Position numbers and translations under genes: made by a program. A stretch of 42,367 nucleotides of DNA, from positions 1 to 42,367 of the forward strand of contig CAYNXO010000001.1 of NCBI GenBank assembly GCA_964401205.1. Direction: 5' to 3'. This stretch comes from Candidatus Undinarchaeota archaeon (lineage in GTDB: Archaea > Undinarchaeota > Undinarchaeia > Undinarchaeales > Naiadarchaeaceae). The number at the start of each line of letters is the position of its first letter. Within the stretch, counting starts at the first letter, position 1. This document shows positions 19,292-28,371 of this stretch, piece by piece. The notes beneath the pieces are model-generated. The model was not told where the DNA came from, did not search any database, and saw nothing but the letters and a program-made list of their open reading frames with translations.

Positions 19292-21490
19292 TTACTGCCT
19301 GTATTTACCTGCAATAATTCTTCTGATTTCTTTTGCCCTTTTCTCCCCAACACCCTCAACTTTTTGCAGTTCAGATTCGCTTGCATTAAAAACTTTTTCA
19401 ACACTCTTGAAATAGTCAAGTAAGTTCTTTGCAACAGCAGGCCCAATCATAGGAAGGCTCTCAACAATAAACTGCTGCGTTTCAGCGTCTCCCATCGCCC
19501 GTTTTCCTTCCCTTAAAACAATTTCCCTTTCTTTTTCAAACTGCTCGCGCTTTGCTATCATTGCAATAAAAGCAGCGCTTTCATTCATGTCTTTTGTGTA
19601 AATTACAGGAATCCCAAAATCAACAGTGAGTGCAATTAAAGTGCCTTTTATTGCATTTGGGTGGATGTTTCTAATTCCATAAAGGGTTTCCCCCTCAATA
19701 ATGAAAAGCGGCTTCTTGAAGTTCTCAACAAGGTTTTTTGCCTGCAACAAAAGCCTGCCATCAATCAGGCTCTGCAGGAAATCCTCTGTTGTTTTTCTTT
19801 CAACTCCAACCCTGTCTGAAAGCTGGAAATCGGCAATTTCAAGCTGTTTTACGCGTATCTCAATATCCAAATCATGCAATTCCCTTAAGATTCCGCTGCC
19901 GGATTCCCGCACATCAGCAAAAACCACTGCTTTTTTCTCCCCACTGCTTTTTGCCTCGAATTTATCCAAAGTTTTCTGCGGTGCTCTTTGCCTTTGCATA
20001 TCAACATCTTTCAAAACACCATACATTCGCTTCTCCTTGCGCTGGGAACTCCAATAATAAGCTTCATCCCTTGTTCCTCTTGTTATGAAAATTGTAATTT
20101 TTCCTGGCCTGTGGCGCGCGGTTCTTCCTGCTCTTTGGATGGTGCGCACTGCAGAAGGAACAGGCTCGTAAAAAATTACCCGGTCTACTTCAGGAATGTC
20201 CAAGCCTTCTTCGCCGATTGAAGTTGCAACAAGAACTTTGTATTTTCCCTTCCTGAATTCATCCAGCCTTTTAATCTGCTCTTTCTGGCTCAATCCAATT
20301 TTCTTTGCGCTTCTTGCTTGGCCGACAAGGGAAGTTGTTTTTATATTATTTTTCTTCAGCTCACTTAAAATTATATCAACCGTTGTCCTGTAATGCGCAA
20401 AAACAATTGCCTTCTCCCCCTGCTTTAAAATTTCAACAAGCTTTTGCAGCTTGGGGTGCTCAATGTTTTTGTTGATAAGGTCTTCTGCAATTGCGGTTGC
20501 CTCCTTTACATGTAAAGTTGTTAAAAGATAATGCGCAGCCTTTGTGTTGTCGCTGTGCAGGCCTTTCAAATAATCATAAGCCTGTTTCACGCCCTGGGTT
20601 TCAATTAATTCAATTCCGTGAGAAAGCTTCAGCAAGGCTGCAACAGCGCTCAAATAAGGGTAGTATTCTGGATTTTTGTGTGCATCCTGTACTAACTGCG
20701 CCTGCAGGCGCAAAATTTCCTTTTTCCTGAACGCAGATTTTTCAGCAAATTGTATAATCCCTCCTTTTTTCAAATACCTTAAAGTTTCAGCAAAAACAAC
20801 TTCCAAAAGCCCTTTTATTCTGAGCATTTCCCTCGGCAATTCCAAAACAACCCAGTCATAATCGCGCTTCTTTATGTAAGGGCTTACATCAGTATCCTCC
20901 CTCACGCGCGTTTCTATTTTTTCAATATACAAATCTTTGCAGACTCTTTCTATCTCATCCTTGCTTGTGCCAGGAGATGCTGTCAATGCCAAAATTCTCG
21001 GATTTTTCGACTGGTTAATGTATTTCTTCGCAATGAAAGAATAAGGATACTCCCCTGAAGTCCTGTGCGCCTCGTCAACAATAAGCAGAAGAACATCCTC
21101 CAGTGAGAACCTGCTGCTTAGCAAATCATTTTGTATGACTTGCGGTGTTGCAAAAATAAAGCGTGCTTCATCATACTCATAAATTCTTTTCTGTGGATTG
21201 ACAAGCCCTGTGAAAACCTTGAATTCTTCTTTTGGGAAATTAAAAATATCCTTCCACGTTTCAGCATGCTGCATAGCAAGCGGTTTTGTAGGCGCCAAAA
21301 ACAAGATTTTTCCCTCCACTAAATTCAATTCAAGCCTTTTTGCAGCAACAAGCGCAGCCAAAAAGGTTTTCCCAAGCCCGGTTGGGAGTACAACCAAGGT
21401 ATTTTTATTTACAGCAGTTCCCAGAATTGCCTCCTGATAAAGGCGCGGCTCAATGCTGCCTTCTTTTATGAAAGATTTTGCAAGTGCCAT
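19292..21490 (-). CDS. hef: Hef (FANCM/XPF-like) helicase-nuclease
   Basis: SF2 helicase motifs (PTGLGKT, DEAH, TASPG), a C-terminal ERCC4 nuclease motif (GVERKTTEDFLQSLIDGRL) and an HhH2 tail. Confidence 0.9.
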   Translation of the reverse strand: MALAKSFIKEGSIEPRLYQEAILGTAVNKNTLVVLPTGLGKTFLAALVAAKRLELNLVEGKILFLAPTKPLAMQHAETWKDIFNFPKEEFKVFTGLVNPQKRIYEYDEARFIFATPQVIQNDLLSSRFSLEDVLLLIVDEAHRTSGEYPYSFIAKKYINQSKNPRILALTASPGTSKDEIERVCKDLYIEKIETRVREDTDVSPYIKKRDYDWVVLELPREMLRIKGLLEVVFAETLRYLKKGGIIQFAEKSAFRKKEILRLQAQLVQDAHKNPEYYPYLSAVAALLKLSHGIELIETQGVKQAYDYLKGLHSDNTKAAHYLLTTLHVKEATAIAEDLINKNIEHPKLQKLVEILKQGEKAIVFAHYRTTVDIILSELKKNNIKTTSLVGQARSAKKIGLSQKEQIKRLDEFRKGKYKVLVATSIGEEGLDIPEVDRVIFYEPVPSAVRTIQRAGRTARHRPGKITIFITRGTRDEAYYWSSQRKEKRMYGVLKDVDMQRQRAPQKTLDKFEAKSSGEKKAVVFADVRESGSGILRELHDLDIEIRVKQLEIADFQLSDRVGVERKTTEDFLQSLIDGRLLLQAKNLVENFKKPLFIIEGETLYGIRNIHPNAIKGTLIALTVDFGIPVIYTKDMNESAAFIAMIAKREQFEKEREIVLREGKRAMGDAETQQFIVESLPMIGPAVAKNLLDYFKSVEKVFNASESELQKVEGVGEKRAKEIRRIIAGKYRQ

Positions 21491-21561
21491 TTTTGTATGA
21501 AAAACCTTTTAAATACCTCCCGAGACTATATACCCCATCCTTTTTAAAGAGTTACAAATAT

Positions 21562-21846
21562 ATGGATTGCGTATCGTGCAAAAAGGAAAAAAAGAGAATG
21601 TACAAGGGGTATTGTATTCCCTGCTTTATTAGGGAAAAGTCTCACAAAATACACGCGCCAAAACTGCCTTCATGGTTCGTGCATTTCTCAAACAAGATTT
21701 TGCCGCCACTTTTCTTCTTCATAATTGCTGTTGTTTCACTATACTACCTGAATAGTGTTTCAAACCCCAACCTAAAAATAAACCTCGGCATAGTTTCTGT
21801 TGTAGCCTCATCACTTTCAGTTTATCTTACAATACTGACTCTTTAA
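21562..21846 (+). CDS. Small membrane protein with N-terminal CxxC..CxxC
   Basis: 94 aa counted from the in-frame ATG. MDCVSCKKEKKRMYKGYCIPCF is followed by two hydrophobic helices. Confidence 0.4.
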   Translation: MDCVSCKKEKKRMYKGYCIPCFIREKSHKIHAPKLPSWFVHFSNKILPPLFFFIIAVVSLYYLNSVSNPNLKINLGIVSVVASSLSVYLTILTL

Positions 21847-21894
21847 TAAATTGATTGGACTAAATATTTAAGCAAAAACAAGCTACGTACCACT

Positions 21895-22329
21895 ATGGGA
21901 ATACTAGACATCTTTAAGAAAATCATCTCCAGGGCAACAAGCGGGGAGGTGGGCGAAGAGCCTTTTGAGGAGGAAATCGGCCCTGAATTAGCTGAGGAAA
22001 AAGAAGAATTCCCAAAAGAGGAAGGACTGGAAGGGGCATTTGGCAAAGAAGAGATGCCAGAGGAAAAAGAGGGGCCGCTTCCTGAAGAAAAAATAGAAGA
22101 GCCAGAAGAAAAAGAAGAATCAACCACTGGCTTAAGGGAGCAGCTTGAGGTTATCAAAAACAAATTAGAACTTGTTGATGCTCACTTAAAAACAATTGAG
22201 AGCAAGGAAGACATTTACAAGATTGAAGCAGACCGCTATATGCAGTACTTGACTTTTATAAGCGAAAAAATAGACCATTTGGAACGCGACCTTACAGAAG
22301 TTGAGCGCTTAATAAAGAAAAGGGAGTAA
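21895..22329 (+). CDS. Acidic coiled-coil protein with amphipathic MGILDIFKKI N-terminus
   Basis: 144 aa with an E/P/K low-complexity centre and a C-terminal coiled coil. A TATA-like AAATATTTAAG lies upstream. Confidence 0.55.
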   Translation: MGILDIFKKIISRATSGEVGEEPFEEEIGPELAEEKEEFPKEEGLEGAFGKEEMPEEKEGPLPEEKIEEPEEKEESTTGLREQLEVIKNKLELVDAHLKTIESKEDIYKIEADRYMQYLTFISEKIDHLERDLTEVERLIKKRE

Positions 22330-22330
22330 T

Positions 22331-23671
22331 TCACCTGCTTAATTTTTTCACTACATTTTCCACTTGTTCAACAGCAGAGCCTATGTAATTTTCAGGGTCA
22401 AGAGAATCGTTTATTTCTTTTATGCTCAGAAGTTTCTTTACCCCTTCATTGCCGATTAAAACAGTTGACAATTCAATATCTTTTCCAAAAGACTCCATTG
22501 AGCAGACTCTTATCAGTTCATGAGCTTCCTGCCTAGCCATCCCCCTTTCAACAAGCTTTGCCATAACTGATTCTGCCATTATTCTTCCCCGCGTTAATTT
22601 CAAATTCTTTCTGATATTTTTCTCATAAACCTTTAAGCCGGATATAATTTCAGTTATTTCCTTCAAAATATAATGGAAAAGAATGAAATGCTCAGGGAAT
22701 AATATTCTTTCTGTGCTTGAATTTGCCAAATCCCTTTCGTGCTCAAGAGAAACAGAATCAAGTGCAGCAATTGCATTTCCTTTCAGGATTCTTGCAATTC
22801 CGCAGACTCTTTCTGAGCGGTGCGGGTTTCTTTTCTGCGGCATTGTTGAGCTCCCCACCTGCGAAGCTTTGAAAGGCTCTTCCACTTCCCCTATTTCAGT
22901 TCTTTGCAAATTTCTTATTTCAGCAGCTATTTTGTAAAGAGTCTGGCTTGCAAGCGAAAGTGCGAGAATAACTTCTGCGTGCCTGTCCCTTTGTATTACC
23001 TGCGTTGTTGCAAGGGGGGTTCCTAATTTCAACTCCTTCATAACAAGATCCTGCACTTTCAGCGCTTTTTTCCCAAGAACCGCGCCTGTTCCAACAGCAC
23101 CGGTTAACTTTCCAACAGAAATTATTTTTAATGAATTTTCAACCCTTTCAATATGCCTTTGCACTTCAGCTGCCCAGACTGCAAATTTTAATCCGAGAGT
23201 TATAGGAACAGCGTGCTGGCCGTGGGTTCTTCCAACCATTACCAAATTTTTGTAAGAATCTGCCTTTTCAAGCAAAATTTTCTTGAATTTTTCCAAATCC
23301 GCTTTTACAATTTCCAAAGCCTCCCTCAAAATCAGTGCCCACGCAGTATCAACAATATCATAGCTCGTTGCCCCGTAATGGACATATTTTGCAGTTTCAG
23401 GAGAGCATTTTTCAGAAAGAGCCTTTACAATTGCCATTAAATCATGGTCAATCTGCGCCTCAATTTCCTTTACGCGCCCAAGTTTCACTATTTCAATGTC
23501 AGCTTTTTTAGAAATCTCTTCAGCAGCCTTTTTTGGGATTATTTTTAGTTCAGCAAGCGCGTTTGCAAGCGCAGCTTCAACCTGCAGCCTTTTTTGCAGT
23601 ATGTTCTCTTCCTCAAAAATCGCCCTCATTTCCTCTGTGAAATATCTGTATTCAATTGGATGTATTACCAT
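22331..23671 (-). CDS. purB: Adenylosuccinate lyase
   Basis: HPIEYRY N-terminus and fumarate-lyase signature SSTMPQKRNP. Confidence 0.95.
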   Translation of the reverse strand: MVIHPIEYRYFTEEMRAIFEEENILQKRLQVEAALANALAELKIIPKKAAEEISKKADIEIVKLGRVKEIEAQIDHDLMAIVKALSEKCSPETAKYVHYGATSYDIVDTAWALILREALEIVKADLEKFKKILLEKADSYKNLVMVGRTHGQHAVPITLGLKFAVWAAEVQRHIERVENSLKIISVGKLTGAVGTGAVLGKKALKVQDLVMKELKLGTPLATTQVIQRDRHAEVILALSLASQTLYKIAAEIRNLQRTEIGEVEEPFKASQVGSSTMPQKRNPHRSERVCGIARILKGNAIAALDSVSLEHERDLANSSTERILFPEHFILFHYILKEITEIISGLKVYEKNIRKNLKLTRGRIMAESVMAKLVERGMARQEAHELIRVCSMESFGKDIELSTVLIGNEGVKKLLSIKEINDSLDPENYIGSAVEQVENVVKKLSR

Positions 23672-23713
23672 TATCCCAACCCCTAGTTAAGTAATAAAGA
23701 TTATCTGCCTTGT

Positions 23714-24343
23714 TTATAAACTAAACGATGTTGCATACAAAATAACCGCAAGGGCAATTGTTATTGCCCAGATTCTTTTGTCCCAAGAAAAAACCTTCTG
23801 GCCGTCAAACGGCGGAAAAGGGATTAAATTAAAAATTGCAAGGAAAGCATTTATGCTCGCACCTGCCGCGAAAACCATTGTCCAGATTCCGCCGGCTATT
23901 TTTGCAAGCGCCAAAAGCCCGAAAAAAACACTGAGCAAAATATTAATTAAAACCCCAATTAACCCGATTTTTCCTATTTTTTCCGAACTTGTGCGCTGCA
24001 TTGTTGTTGCAGCAAAATAAACCGCCCCAGGAGCTATGAACAAAAACCTTCCTGCGCTGATTATTGTAATTAAAACTGCAAGGAGAAGCCCCTGCGCCCA
24101 CATCCTGTATTCAGCCCAGTACCCAAATTTCTGCGCAACAACTTTGTGGCCGAGCTCATGCAGGACAAAAGCCGGCGCAACTATCAAAAGGGCAAAAGGA
24201 AAAACAGTCAGCGCTGCCAAGAAGAAGTTAGCAAAGGAAAAATTCGAGCCAGAGATAATGTTAATCGCAACCAAAAAACCCATAACCGAGACAGAAACAA
24301 CTAAATGAATTACCTCTCTTTTTGAAAAACTAATTTTTGGCAT
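23714..24343 (-). CDS. Membrane metalloprotease, peptidase M50 (site-2 protease) family
   Basis: HELGH zinc motif within a polytopic 209-aa protein. Confidence 0.8.
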   Translation of the reverse strand: MPKISFSKREVIHLVVSVSVMGFLVAINIISGSNFSFANFFLAALTVFPFALLIVAPAFVLHELGHKVVAQKFGYWAEYRMWAQGLLLAVLITIISAGRFLFIAPGAVYFAATTMQRTSSEKIGKIGLIGVLINILLSVFFGLLALAKIAGGIWTMVFAAGASINAFLAIFNLIPFPPFDGQKVFSWDKRIWAITIALAVILYATSFSL

Positions 24344-24552
24344 CTTATTTCAGAAATTTCCCTCTAAAGGAAGTTTTAATCCTGCCCCCTTTATATTTTT
24401 TCCCTGAAAAGGTTTCTCAAATTTTGAAAAAAAGCTCCAAAAAACCCATGCGAAAGTATAAAAAGCACCTTTTTCTATCAGAAAAGCACTGATAACTAGC
24501 AATTAATGCTGGCAATATCATAAAAAAAATCTATTACGGAGGTCGTTGAAAA

Positions 24553-24921
24553 ATGGGTGTTGTAAACCTAACCTCACTTGTCGGAAAGGACGTCTTTACA
24601 CGCAGCGGCAAATACGTCGGGAAAATTGACGACACATTAATTGATACGGAAAAGTCAAACGTCTACGGATTTGCAGTAGCAATGTCAAGAGAGTCTTTCC
24701 TCTACAGGGTGCTGTCAAAAACAGAGCAGGGAGTGAAAAAAACAATCCTTATACCATTCAGAGAGGTCCTTGCCTCGGATGACATCATTCTTGTGACAGT
24801 TCCAAAGCAGTATGAAAAATATGAAGCAGAAGCTGCAGCAGGAAATTCAGAAGAGGAATCCCCACTTGGCCCAGCCGGCAGCCCGCTTGGGTCAATGCCG
24901 GGCTCAAGCGAAACTGAATAA
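24553..24921 (+). CDS. PRC-barrel domain protein
   Basis: LVGKDVFTRSGKYVGKIDDTLID pattern typical of PRC barrels. GGAGGT lies upstream. Confidence 0.7.
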   Translation: MGVVNLTSLVGKDVFTRSGKYVGKIDDTLIDTEKSNVYGFAVAMSRESFLYRVLSKTEQGVKKTILIPFREVLASDDIILVTVPKQYEKYEAEAAAGNSEEESPLGPAGSPLGSMPGSSETE

Positions 24922-25087
24922 AATAGAAGATTTGCCGAGTGAGGATTTATTTATTTTTAAGAAAGAATTTTAAGTTAGAAATTCTCTTTTCTAATTACAT
25001 TTCTCAAAAAATTAAAAGCTTCGCTCCTTTTGTAAAGTTCGGCTTTCTTTATTTTAAAAAGAAGCTTAAGCTTTCAGTTCCTTGTTT

Positions 25088-25372
25088 TTACTCTATGTCT
25101 ACTTCAGCGCTTTTCCCAGATTTCCCAGAGGACATTTCCTTGAGCTTTGCACAGACAAAGTCAATTACTTCTGTGCTGTCTGGAACTGCCAAGCTTCTCT
25201 TGAATCTCTTTGTTCCGTCCGGAGCAAAGAATCCCCTGCTTATTGCAACGAATTCGTTTTCTCCCTGCGGCGTTACTGCCTTTTTCCTTGCGATTTCAAG
25301 GAAGTTGTTGTTTCCAAACTTTATTTCTTCTGCTTTTATTGTCTGAAATTCTACCATTTTGGTTTCCTCCAT
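25088..25372 (-). CDS. Small conserved-looking protein, possibly PC4/YdbC-like ssDNA-binding fold
   Basis: Start placed at MEETKMVEF. The pattern FLEIARKK...EFVAISRGFFAPDGTKRFKRSLAVPDS loosely recalls the PC4 pattern YVSVRDF..LIDIREYW..G..KGISL. This functional call is weak. Confidence 0.45.
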   Translation of the reverse strand: MEETKMVEFQTIKAEEIKFGNNNFLEIARKKAVTPQGENEFVAISRGFFAPDGTKRFKRSLAVPDSTEVIDFVCAKLKEMSSGKSGKSAEVDIE

Positions 25373-25394
25373 CTCGAGCTTTAGCGAGAGACAA

Positions 25395-25440
25395 CATGAA
25401 ACCGAAGGTTTCATGTGCACAAAGGAACTGCTGTTCCTTT
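25395..25440 (-). promoter_or_regulatory. Two adjacent hairpins in the leader of 25088..25372 (also possible terminator of speB operon)
   Basis: AAAGGAAC-TGCT-GTTCCTTT (25421-25440) and CATGAAACC-GAA-GGTTTCATG (25395-25415). A TTTAAAT box lies at about 25470. Confidence 0.6.
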
Positions 25441-25546
25441 GTGTGCTCGCCAGAGCATTTAAACAACCCAGAATTAGGTTCCCCCACTCTTTGATTGCTT
25501 TTTTGCGTCTCCTTATCTGTAAGACGATGTTTTTAAAGGTTTCGCC

Positions 25547-26413
25547 CTATTTCAACAAGGCGTACCCAATTGTTTTGTAAGCCAATTTCGCTGCCACAAA
25601 ATCATATGCAGGCATTTTTGTTATCGGGCTTAGCTCAGTCAAGTCAAAGCCAACAACATTCCTTTCTTTTGCAACTTTTCTTACAAGTGTAATTAAATCA
25701 TACCAGTCTAATCCTCCGGGCTCAGGAGTTCCAGTAGCTGGCATTAACCCAGAATCAAGCACATCAATATCAAAGCTGACGTAAACATTCCCCTTTAAAT
25801 TCCCGACAATTTCATCGCAATTATAATTCCCTCTTTTAAATTCATGCGCCCAGTAAAATTTTAATTTGTTTTTTTCAATTAATTCAGCTTCTTCACCACA
25901 AAGGCTTCTGCAGCCAACATGCACAAAACTTTTATTTACATCATAAATTCTTTTCAATGTACAAGCATGGCTGTATTTTGTGCCATCATATTCTTCCCTT
26001 AAATCCCCATGCGCATCAAAATACAGAACTGACAAATTTTTAAAAGATTTTGAATACGCTCTTGCGGGCCCAATTGAAATTGAATGCTCCCCGCCCAAAG
26101 TGACAACAAATTTTCCACTTTCAATCTGCCTTTTAGTTTCTTTTTCAAGAAAATCAGCCACATCTTCCGGCTTTTTCGGCAATTTATAAGGTTTCAAAGT
26201 AGAAATTCCAATTTTTTCAGCAATATTTGCCTTTATTTCCTCGTCATAAAGCTCAAGATTTTTAGATGCCTCTATAATTGCACGAGGCGCTTTTGAAGTT
26301 CCCTTTCCATAAGTTACAGTTCCTTCATAAGGTGCAGACGCAATTGCAACTTTTGCCTTATTGTAATCACTAAAAAACTTTTCAATTCCAAGAAAATTGT
26401 CAGGCACTTTCAT
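25547..26413 (-). CDS. speB: Agmatinase (arginase/ureohydrolase family)
   Basis: Arginase-family metal-binding motifs (GGEHS, DAHGD, SFDIDVLD). Confidence 0.9.
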   Translation of the reverse strand: MKVPDNFLGIEKFFSDYNKAKVAIASAPYEGTVTYGKGTSKAPRAIIEASKNLELYDEEIKANIAEKIGISTLKPYKLPKKPEDVADFLEKETKRQIESGKFVVTLGGEHSISIGPARAYSKSFKNLSVLYFDAHGDLREEYDGTKYSHACTLKRIYDVNKSFVHVGCRSLCGEEAELIEKNKLKFYWAHEFKRGNYNCDEIVGNLKGNVYVSFDIDVLDSGLMPATGTPEPGGLDWYDLITLVRKVAKERNVVGFDLTELSPITKMPAYDFVAAKLAYKTIGYALLK

Positions 26414-27439
26414 TTATTTAAAAAGCTTGTTGAATTCCTTTGATCTCCTGTTCTTCCAGCTTCCTTTGTGGTATGCATAGCTTGCCAATATTGGGAAAAT
26501 AACTGTCGCCTCTCCAAAAACCATCTGCGTTGTTCCCTCAGCAATTTTCCCCCACGAGTGCGCTTCCTTTAAAGTACTTCCAGACAGCGCGCCGTCCCTT
26601 TCATCCGCAACAGTGATTTGTATTGCATACTTATGCATTGGCTTTTCTTTTCCAAGAACATCTGTCGCAACAACAACATCCTGCGCGAAATTTTTAGGAA
26701 CCCCTCCGCCAATCATTAACAATCCAGTGTCTTTTGCAGCAAGCTTTATTTTTGTGAGCTCAAGAAAATCCTTTGCAGAATCAATTGAAACTGTTTTTTC
26801 TCCTGGTTTTTTGTTGAACTGATGATGAATCAATCCAAAGCCTGCGCTTGAATCTGAAAACGCAGGGCAGAATATCGGGATGTTTTTCTTGTATGCTGCA
26901 TAAACAAAAGATTCCTTGTTCTTTCCTTTTGTCTCAAGGTATTTTCCCATTTCATAGATAAATTCCCGCGAAGAATAAGGGCGCGGCTCTAAATTTTCTG
27001 CAATCTCTGCAATTGTCATATCACAAACGCGCAATTCATCCTCATCTATGTAATGGTCATAAATCCTGTCAATGTGAAACTTGCATAATTCATCATCATC
27101 AACCATTGGTGTGCCTTGATAGTGCCTGAACCCCAACCCTTCAAAAAAATCCTGGTCAACAACAATTGCGCCTGTTGAAACAATTGCATCAACCATGTCA
27201 TTCATAACCAATTCATAAATCACTTTTTTAAGCCCTGCACTTACAAGCGAGCCAGCTAAACACAAAATAACGGCGCATTCCTTGTCTTTTAGCATATTAT
27301 CATAAATTTTCGCGGCATTTGCAAGATTCCTCGCCTGGAAAGCAGTTTTTGAAAAACCCTCAACTAATTCAACGGCATTTATTTTTTTGATGTCTATGTG
27401 CTCTATTTTTTCCTTTAGATAGTCCTTTTTCCCTGCCAT
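26414..27439 (-). CDS. dys: Deoxyhypusine synthase
   Basis: 341 aa with strong DHS-like sequence throughout (AGSLVSAGL, GGGVPKN, ...SWGK). Its stop abuts the speB start. Confidence 0.9.
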   Translation of the reverse strand: MAGKKDYLKEKIEHIDIKKINAVELVEGFSKTAFQARNLANAAKIYDNMLKDKECAVILCLAGSLVSAGLKKVIYELVMNDMVDAIVSTGAIVVDQDFFEGLGFRHYQGTPMVDDDELCKFHIDRIYDHYIDEDELRVCDMTIAEIAENLEPRPYSSREFIYEMGKYLETKGKNKESFVYAAYKKNIPIFCPAFSDSSAGFGLIHHQFNKKPGEKTVSIDSAKDFLELTKIKLAAKDTGLLMIGGGVPKNFAQDVVVATDVLGKEKPMHKYAIQITVADERDGALSGSTLKEAHSWGKIAEGTTQMVFGEATVIFPILASYAYHKGSWKNRRSKEFNKLFK

Positions 27440-27461
27440 TTATTCTCCCGAAAATAATAAT

Positions 27462-28070
27462 TTACCTTAAAAATCCCAAAACAGGCACTTCGTGGTTTAC
27501 GAAACAAAGCGAAACAAGCGCTGTTCCATGCTTTTTCTTTGGTATGAAGCTTTTTACATAAAGTTCCATGTCCTTCAAATTATATTTTTGTTTTATGTCA
27601 GCATCATAAAGCTCGTTTAAGCTTGCCAGCAGAGTTTTCTTTGCGTCTTCCTCTGTTCCGTGATCAGAATATTCGCAGACAATCCCTCCTGCTTTTTCTC
27701 CAGTCATTTTGTCATACAGCCAGCCGTAAACAACTCCTGCGGTTGCCCTGACTCCTTTTGTTGAATGGCAGCAGGCCATTATAGTTTCCATCACACTGCC
27801 GAAATCCAAGTGCTTTGGCCTGTCAATTTTCCTGGAAATAGGAGCTAAAACAGATGAATAAATCATTATGTTCTGCTTTTCTATTCCAGCATCCCTTAAA
27901 GCCACATGGTAGGAACCTGCATGAACTGTTATGTCGCTTTCTCCAACTCCGGATGTTATGAAATAATCCTTTGGAACGCGGTTTCCAAGAACAAATTTTG
28001 GAGATGTTTTTAAGTTCTTTTGTTGCAACTGCAAAAGATTCTGCGCTAGAAAAGAAATTTGTTTTTTCAT
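27462..28070 (-). CDS. pdaD: Pyruvoyl-dependent arginine decarboxylase
   Basis: VPKDYFITSGVGES motif and an IYSSVLAP self-cleavage Ser-Ser site. Confidence 0.9.
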   Translation of the reverse strand: MKKQISFLAQNLLQLQQKNLKTSPKFVLGNRVPKDYFITSGVGESDITVHAGSYHVALRDAGIEKQNIMIYSSVLAPISRKIDRPKHLDFGSVMETIMACCHSTKGVRATAGVVYGWLYDKMTGEKAGGIVCEYSDHGTEEDAKKTLLASLNELYDADIKQKYNLKDMELYVKSFIPKKKHGTALVSLCFVNHEVPVLGFLR

Positions 28071-28081
28071 TCTAGAAATCT

Positions 28082-28130
28082 CCTCTGTGTGAAACCAGAG
28101 GTTTCACACGTGTGAAGCTTTGCTTCACAC
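28082..28130 (-). promoter_or_regulatory. Tandem hairpin leader of pdaD-dys-speB with SD-overlapping alternative fold
   Basis: GTGTGAAACC-AGA-GGTTTCACAC (28087-28109) and GTGTGAAGC-TTT-GCTTCACAC (28110-28130). An alternative pairing joins CCTCTG (28082-28087) with CAGAGG (28096-28101) and overlaps the AGGAG-like site 10-11 nt from the ATG. Confidence 0.6.
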
Positions 28131-28371
28131 TGAAAAAAGCTTTTACAGAACAAACTGGACCGATAGAATTATTTAAGAAACTCAAGCCGATTCTTTCTTT
28201 TTTGTCTTTGCCCGAAGATAAAGTGAAAAGTTTTTCCACCCTGTTTGTTTTTTCGGCGCAACAGCGCCCCTCTTTGTTGTTAATTATTAATTAAAACTTG
28301 CTTATAAACTTTTCTCCTGGAAAAAAATTTCCGGAAAAATATTTTTTGGAAATAAAATTCGAAAAAATTTT

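Noticed and set aside
28112-28294. 60-aa plus-strand ORF in the pdaD upstream region
   Set aside because: It starts at a GTG inside the leader hairpin, lies in a promoter or leader region, and has no supporting signals.
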